Shown here one piece after another: positions 27,379-34,750 of a DNA stretch of 34,750 bases (its first letter is position 1; each line of letters begins with the position of its first letter). The position numbers and the translations under genes were made by a program. The DNA is from Octopus sinensis (lineage: Eukaryota): NCBI RefSeq assembly GCF_006345805.1, contig NW_021831660.1:1-34750 (forward strand), given 5' to 3'. The notes below the pieces were generated by a model. That model had not been told where the DNA came from. It made no database searches and saw only the letters and a program-made list of their open reading frames with translations.

Positions 27379-27441
27379 TGATGATGATGATGATGATAAT
27401 AATAATAATAATAATGATAATAATGATAATGATGAAAATAG

Positions 27442-27489
<48 letters not shown>

Positions 27490-27517
27490 TAATGATAATA
27501 CTAATGATAATGATGAA

Positions 27518-27548
<31 letters not shown>

Positions 27549-27558
27549 TAATGATGAA

Positions 27559-27614
<56 letters not shown>

Positions 27615-27711
27615 TGATGATGATGATGATGATGATGATGATAATAATAATAATATAATAATGAAATACTAATGATAATGATGAAAATATAATTAATAAT
27701 ATAATAATAAT

Positions 27712-27742
<31 letters not shown>

Positions 27743-27907
27743 TAATATGATAAATAATAATATAATGATAATATACTAAAATGATAATGATAATAATAAT
27801 AATAATATATAATAATAATAAATGATAATAATAATATAATAATAATAATGATAATAATATAATATAATGATAATAATGAATAATAATATAATAAATATAA
27901 TATAATA

Positions 27908-27944
<37 letters not shown>

Positions 27945-27993
27945 TGATGATGATGATGATAATAATAATAATAATAATAACAACAACAATAAC

Positions 27994-28032
<39 letters not shown>

Positions 28033-28153
28033 TATAATGGTGTCAAAGTTCGATATAAGGCTAGTGATGATGATGATGATCATCATCATGATCATCAGCA
28101 TCATCACATAAATAACAGGAGTGGCGGCAGCGGCAGCAGCAGTAGTAGTTATT

Positions 28154-28188
<35 letters not shown>

Positions 28189-28360
28189 TGTAGTAGTAGT
28201 AGTAGTAGTAAATAGCAAATAGTGATAATGGCAACAACTACGAAGACGACAACGATGATGATGATCATGATGATGATGACGGCGATAACAATGATAAGGT
28301 TGTTGCTGATGTTGGTGGTGGTGATGACGATGATGATGTTGTTGATGATGATGATAATTG
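26955..28360. repeat. About 1.4-kb compound trinucleotide array: (ATA/ATG)n grading into (GAT), (GCA), (GTA)n
   Basis: Read directly. It is the source of the poly-I, poly-L and poly-T pseudo-ORFs. Confidence 0.95.
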
Positions 28361-28814
28361 ACATATTAAGACTGACAAGCAATTAAACTAAGAAGTGAAA
28401 ATAGTTATGGAATGAGTTATGGAGGAGGAGGGGTGTGTGAATGAAGATTGAAAGATATGTTAAAGCAGATGGACATACGGACATGAGAGAGGGAGAAGGG
28501 GCAAAGAGGGGAGGAGGAAGCATAACAAGGATAAAAATAGAAAGAAGACAAAAAAGAAAGAACAAAATAAAGCAAGAAAATAGAAAAAGAATAAAAGAGA
28601 ATGAAAATATATGAATGAAAGAAAGAGAATAAATGAGAAGAAGGAATGTGAAAAAGAAGAGAGAAAGAAGAAGTGAAAGAAAGAAAGAATATTGGAGATG
28701 AAAGAGAATTCTGGTTTTGTTTTGTTTTTTTATTTTTTTTTGTTTATTTTTTGTTTTGAATGAAAGTTGAATGAAAAATGAAATGAAGGAAAGCGCTGAA
28801 AGAGATCACCAATG

Positions 28815-28953
28815 TCCACACATGTCGACTTTGCCTTTCATCCCCTTTCGAGGTCGATTAAATAAGTACCTGTAAAATACTGGGGTCGATGTTATCGACT
28901 AGACCCTTGCCTCAAAATGTCTCACCTTCAGCTGTAGTACTAAAGATTATTAT
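28815..28953 (+). mobile_element. tRNA-derived SINE, family 1 (core and tail)
   Basis: GTCGACTTTGCCTTTCATCCCCTTTCGAGGTCGATTAAATAAGTACC. Confidence 0.8.
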
Positions 28954-29127
28954 GAAGGATATAACATACAGTGAGATATCCTCTTTTAATCAGTTCTCTC
29001 TTTCCTAAACTATAATGGTTGCTCTCTTCCTCGTAAAATACCGCAATAAAACCGAAGGTTATTAAAAATTGCATCTGATTTAAACATAAGGTCATCAATT
29101 TTTACAGGAAACGGTTAAGTCAATGCT

Positions 29128-29284
29128 ATCGACCCCCAATAATACTAGACAGATCCCTTATTTTATCGATCTTAAAAAGAAGAAAGGTAAAGTTGACCCT
29201 GGTGTTATTGGAACTGGAAATGCAAAGGAAAAAAAAATGAATAACGTGAGGAACTTTATCCGATGCTCCACCGATTCTGACAAT
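29128..29284 (-). mobile_element. Degenerate SINE, family 1
   Basis: Eroded core and head, alignable by eye. Confidence 0.55.
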
Positions 29285-29306
29285 AAAGCATCTTTTGAAA
29301 TTCATT

Positions 29307-29459
29307 GATAATAATTTCAAAATTTGACACAAGACAACAAGTTTTTGAGGGGAGGGGCGAATCGACATCGGCAGAATTTCAATTCAAAAAGTAAACACTG
29401 TTAAATGCTGCTAAACATTTTGTCCGACGTGCTAACGATTCCACTAACTCGCTGCCTTC
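29307..29459 (-). mobile_element. Internally deleted SINE, family 1
   Basis: Head (GGCAGCGAGTTAGTGGAATCGTTAGCACG) joined to the tail with the core missing. Confidence 0.7.
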
Positions 29460-29799
29460 ATGCTAAGAATAAATAGTACGACAGGCAGAGTGTCATTTGA
29501 GGTAGGTTTAGCTGCTGTTGCTAGTTGGAATAGCAACTAGTTTGGTGTTGTCGTGTTTGGCGCGGTGCATCACGTTTTATATGTACATCCGACATTTTAG
29601 AAAATGGTGGGAAACATGCAAAAACATCAGGTTTACAACAACAGCTTCACTGCTTTAGTCGTTTGGACAGCTTAGGGTAAACAAAACCTGCTGCACTTTC
29701 CTACATGCATGCACCGGTTGATGCCAATAACAGGAGACGCAATGAGTGATGAAGAAATTTGGCGGTTTTATTTCGGAATTTATATTTTGTTGCGCATCT

Positions 29800-29825
29800 A
29801 TATATGCATGTTTGTATGTATATGA

Positions 29826-29912
<87 letters not shown>

Positions 29913-30117
29913 CGTATGTGTGTGTGTGAGAGAGAGAGAAAGAGAGAAGCAGATGTGAATATTTAAAACCCGTTCCCTGCATATGTGCATACGTGCAAAT
30001 ATATTAATATCTATGCGTACAAGGATGGATATATGTCGATATGCATATTTCACTCATACATACATACATATATATACATATAATATATATGCATACATGT
30101 ATACATATGTGTATACC

Positions 30118-30165
<48 letters not shown>

Positions 30166-30226
30166 TATGCTTTCATATATATCATATATGCACACATATA
30201 TAATATGTGTTACATACACACACACG

Positions 30227-30258
<32 letters not shown>

Positions 30259-30923
30259 CCCCCACAGATGCACACACATATACATTCATACACACAAACA
30301 TGAATCTAAAGGCAAACACGCTCAAATACTCTCTCTCCCTATCACGTACGCACGCACGCACACGGACACACTGACACACACACACTCACACATACACACT
30401 CTTATATACATGGATTCAGTGTTAAACAAGGGGTTAAGTAGGTTTAATAAATTAGTAGTGAATATCCGTGCATCCGTTTGCCTCTAGAGTCAGATACAGC
30501 TGTATTTTAATGGTAAACATAATCGTTACACCAAACAAATATTTAGATGATCGTTATAAATAATAAACCCCTATACCTACAATTACGTTTACCTCATAGG
30601 TGTATATATATATTATGTTATATTATATTATATTATATGTATATATGTATATATAATATATGCATACTATATATGCATACATATAAACATATATATGTAA
30701 ATATATATATATATAAATATATATATGTAAATATATATATATATATATATGTGCGTAATTATATGTATACATATATGTGTGTGTAAATATATATATGTAC
30801 ATATGTATGTGTGTGTATATAATATGTATATATATATATAATATATATAATATATATATATAACCTACACATACGTAGACACATACACAAACATTTATGT
30901 ACATGTAGAGTTAAGTGCATTAT

Positions 30924-30964
<41 letters not shown>

Positions 30965-30972
30965 TGTCTATA

Positions 30973-31017
<45 letters not shown>

Positions 31018-31380
31018 GGATGTATATATGTATGTATATATTTATATGCATGTATGTATATATGTATATATATCTATGTGTACGTATGTCTTTGAGAGAA
31101 AATGAGAGAGAAGAGAAGGAAGAGAGAGAGAGAGAAAGAGAAAGAGGGAGAATGCTTTCGAGTTGTAAAGGTTTGCTTCCTCTTCCGCTTATTACATAAC
31201 TCAATAGCCCCAGCCTATGTATGATTCATATAACCGAAACACACACACACACACACCCATCATATATATTTACAAATAAATATATACGTTTATATGTAAG
31301 TATAATGTGCACACATACACACACACACACAAACTCACACACGTATGTATTATGTCTATGTATAAGTATACATACAAGTG
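29800..31380. repeat. Microsatellite-dense block: (TG)n, (TA)n, (CA)n, (GA)n
   Basis: Read directly. Confidence 0.85.
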
Positions 31381-31599
31381 TGCCTGTATAGCTCAAAGTC
31401 ATCCGGATAGCCTGATCAAGCAGGCCTGTGGCTACAGGCTGCAGGCATTGCAGCTATGAATCATTTCTTTTGAATCCACTTTCAGCATGCAAGACGACAT
31501 TTTCTGATTAGTCCCTCCCTTTTGGAATGGTAATTATCTATATGAGAGACATGTAGCTTCTATTTCTATCAGGTCAAGCCTTCTTACTGGTTTGATATA

Positions 31600-31770
31600 T
31601 CTATATTAATAAAAGCGAAATTCTGTCTGTTCATCCGGGACCCCTGTATCTCAGTCTTTATTTGCTCTGCATAGACATATTATACCGTTTGGGAATCAGG
31701 CAGATCCTGGGTTTGACAATCTTCCCTTCATTTCGTTCTTGAACATCCAGTATCGGGATCTGATTCAAAA
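31600..31770 (+). mobile_element. Helitron-like 5' terminus
   Basis: A|TCTATATTAATAAAAGCGAAATTCTGTCTGT matches the usual non-autonomous Helitron 5' end. The right boundary is uncertain. Confidence 0.55.
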
Positions 31771-31814
31771 GTATTTGAGTTGCTATTTCTAGCAGGTTGA
31801 TTCTCGCCATCTTG

Positions 31815-32268
31815 GTTGGCGTTTGTCAGAAGACGTCGGAAATTCACTTCTGCGTGTTACCGAGAAATTTATAGAGAGCGAAATAAAACTTCTAAGCAAA
31901 CAACTCTACACTTGTTTTTAAAAAAGAAATCTACAAATCCGTCTACGAGTGCTTGTGAATCGACGATCGCGTCTACAAGTGATGGTGTGCGTGAGTCGAG
32001 TGCGAGTGAAAGTGATTCAGAAAGCGATTTTAATAATAATAATATTTTTTATTATAAATGATCCTGATATTCTTTTTACTTTACATAAATATTCTTGTTT
32101 TTTACTGCCATTTATTTACGAGTATTATACATTTCATAGTTAATTTTGTTTTTTCTGGGAGCGAATTACAATTTATAACATTGCTACTCAGAGAAATTAT
32201 TGCTTTGCTTTACGAACTTTCGCTTTACGATCGGACTCCCGGGGACAAACTAACTCGAGGTATTACCA
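31815..32268 (+). mobile_element. Tigger/pogo-like DNA transposon, 3' end with transposase C-terminal fragment
   Basis: ACYREIYRERNKTSKQTTLHLFLKK resembles the Tigger transposase C-terminus. Terminal TTACGATCGGACTCCCGGGGACAAACTAACTCGAGGTATTACCA followed by TA resembles a Tigger subterminal region and TIR. Confidence 0.7.
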
Positions 32269-32279
32269 TATATATATAT

Positions 32280-32325
<46 letters not shown>

Positions 32326-32330
<5 letters not shown>

Positions 32331-32982
32331 TTATTTTATAGAAGGAGCTTCTACAGGACTAGAACTGTTTCATTCAGATGAAATCTTCAGGAAGCTGGCT
32401 GTCAAAATAAGTTCTGGTATTTATGCATTTAGGCAGATTTAATAGAGTGGTGGTGGGGGACGTTTTTTTGGGTAGGTTGGTATTCAGGAGATAAACAGGG
32501 CACAAGCTATTGTTCTTAGGGGAGTGGTCAAAAGGCCAGAGTGTTTTTGAAATGAGAAGAATCAGTGAGAAAATAAATAAATGAATAAATAGAATAAATG
32601 AATAGAAACAGACGTATGGGATGGGATTTTAGGTAAATTAGAAGACAATTGCTTTTAGGTGGTCAAGAAGAGGTAGGCAGTTTGTTTTTGTTAGGTGGAG
32701 GGAATAAATAGATAAATATACATGAAAAAATTGTTTTTTCATGTATATTTATCTATTTATTCCCTCCACCTAACAAAAACAAACTGCCTACCTCTTCTTG
32801 ACCACCTAAAAGCAATTGTCTTCTAATTTACCTAAAATCCCATCCCATACGTCTGTTTCTATTCATTTATTCTATTTATTCATTTATTTATTTTCTCACT
32901 GATTCTTCTCATTTCAAAAACACTCTGGCCTTTTGACCACTGTGGTTAACTGTGGTTAACTCCGATTCAACCCGGGACCTAC

Positions 32983-32984
<2 letters not shown>
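32326..32984 (-). mobile_element. Penelope-like fold-back insertion in a (TA)n tract
   Basis: Hammerhead followed by AATAAA at the minus-strand 3' end. Perfect inverted repeat 32523-32730 / 32734-32941. (TA)n at 32269-32325 and 32985-33045. Confidence 0.7.
32346..32396 (-). ncRNA. Type I hammerhead ribozyme candidate
   Basis: Minus strand: AGCTTC (stem I), CTGAAGA, T-TTCA-TC-TGAA-T (stem II), GAAAC-AG-TTCTAGTC-CT-GTA (stem III and GUA cleavage triplet), GAAGCT (stem I'). Confidence 0.8.
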
Positions 32985-33045
<61 letters not shown>

Positions 33046-33048
<3 letters not shown>

Positions 33049-33176
33049 GTTGAGGAAAAAGTTCCTGCGCCGTGTTAAAATAATGCTTTTTTATGTATTT
33101 TCGTGGTGTGTGTGTTCATTCAGTTCATGTTATATTCAATGGTGACTCACGGCGCACGAACTTTTTCCTCAAACTA
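33046..33176. mobile_element. Mariner-type MITE, about 131 bp
   Basis: 29-nt TIRs at 33046-33074 and 33148-33176 match 27/29 (TAGGTTGAGGAAAAAGTTCCTGCGCCGTG). TA at both ends. No coding capacity. Confidence 0.85.
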
Positions 33177-33214
<38 letters not shown>

Positions 33215-33379
33215 TATGCATACATACATTTATAGATATACGCATACATATATATAACCATTTATATATGCATACAGATGCACACACATATATACACACA
33301 TACACGTGTATATGTATCCCTGTGTGTGTCTGTATATATATATATGTATATATATACGAGTGTCTTTCGATCTTCCTTT

Positions 33380-33513
33380 ATCAAATCCGCTCACAAGGCA
33401 TAGGTCAGCCTGGGGCTAAAATAGAAGACACTTGCTTATGGTGCCAGGCAGCGGGGTTAAAGCCAGAACCATGTGGTTGGGAAGCTAATCTCTTACCGCA
33501 CAGCCATGCCTAC
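33380..33513 (-). mobile_element. SINE family 2 head
   Basis: Reverse complement matches 22815-22920, followed on the minus strand by a TA/CA microsatellite. Confidence 0.75.
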
Positions 33514-33877
33514 GTCTTACACAGCCACGAAAGTTCATTGGTAAAGTGGGTATTTGTTCTGACTTTTCAAGTTCAAATCCCTCTAAAGTCGATTAAATAT
33601 ATCACTGGGTCCACGACGATGTGTATGAGACGATGTTAATGTCACATCACGAATACAAAGTCAACTGAAACAATTAACCGTGCTCGCTCGCGAGTGACGG
33701 CTGGTCGTAATTATTGTACTTATTACTCTATACAAGTACATGCATTTGTTTATAAACCAACGTAAAAAAAATTATAAGATCGATATTTGTTTCTGATCTC
33801 CGCATCCTATGTTCAAATGTCACATATATCAACTTTGATTTTCATCATTTCTTGGTCGCTAAATAAAGTATCAATCA

Positions 33878-34094
33878 AATAATGAATTCAAAATTTGGCA
33901 CAACGCCAGCGATTTAGGAGGAGGCGTAAGTCGATCACATCGACACCTGAGCTCACCTGGTACTTATTTCATCGACCTTGAAAGAATGAAAAGCGAAGTT
34001 GATATCGACGGAATTTTACTCGAAACGTAAAAACGGACGAAATTCGTGAAACATTTTGCCTGGCGTTGCAAACAATCCTGTCAACTCGCCACCT
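33878..34094 (-). mobile_element. Near full-length SINE, family 1
   Basis: Head, core and tail all present in order. Confidence 0.75.
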
Positions 34095-34750
34095 GGTGTC
34101 AGGTAAAGCACATTGGAACCAAAAACAACTGGAGCCCACCTTTGGATTCCACCAGGTTATTTCCGCAACAAACGTATTATGCTTGTCAAGTGAGTTGCCA
34201 GGGGGCGCCAATGAAGCTGACGACACATCAACGCTAAAAACTGCTAAATGCACATTGTTTACACTTAGATATTTAGAACTCTTTTCATTACAGAATTAAA
34301 AATTACAACCACAAATTCTCGCCGTTCATTTTATTTTTTTGCTTTAAGATTTCCCCAATGAATACGTCATGAACCACGTGATCCACGTGACTCAGATTTC
34401 GGTCAGTAACACATGATATGAACTTGGACTTCACCGTACGCAATACAAGTGTTGACAAGATACAAACATATTTAACGTGTTTTGCGATGCTTTTTAAACA
34501 CACCTAGAAACAGGCCTTAATATCATAGATATACATATGTAATACTGACAATATAAATATTGAGCTTTACATCATTTCATTATATCTCACAGCTGTGTAG
34601 CTCGCTGCTCCACGTCGGGTGATGGGGGATGGGGTGGAAGCCTTGTTATCTAATAGTGTTGGCCTTCAGAACTCTCTTACTAATCAAAACACCAACATCA
34701 CGTCGTCAGTCAGTGAAATGGCCAAATGACTCATACAAGGCTGGAGGGGG

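Noticed and set aside
26920-28382. Long poly-I, poly-L and poly-T ORFs (199 and 349 aa)
   Set aside because: They are frames of the trinucleotide array that happen to lack stops.

Overview
Eukaryotic, AT-rich, microsatellite-saturated genomic DNA. The SINE and repeat vocabulary looks cephalopod (Octopus-like); this is my inference from recalled repeat families, not a database result. I found no host gene I can support. The first 13.3 kb holds two full-length, same-orientation non-LTR retrotransposons of the L1/Tx1 type (about 847-7023 and 7166-13286). Each has ORF1 with a CCHC knuckle and ORF2 with APE endonuclease, RT (YADD) and a C-terminal zinc finger. They are two related but distinct subfamilies, and all four junctions abut TATC sequence, which suggests a (TATC)n/(GATA)n-targeting lineage. 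Both share a GT-AG intron-like segment in the 5' UTR and conserved 3' UTR hairpins, and neither has a poly(A) tail. The remaining 21 kb is microsatellite and SINE terrain. It contains several Penelope-like termini with hammerhead ribozyme motifs: one complete type I fold, one 396-bp inverted-arm insertion with a 14-bp TSD, and a perfect 208-bp fold-back. It also has an R4/Dong-like RLE fragment ending in (TAA)n, a Tigger/pogo 3' end, a mariner-type MITE and a Helitron-like 5' end. The many 1-bp indels suggest a noisy long-read assembly. Coordinates were counted by hand, and SINE and remnant boundaries are approximate.
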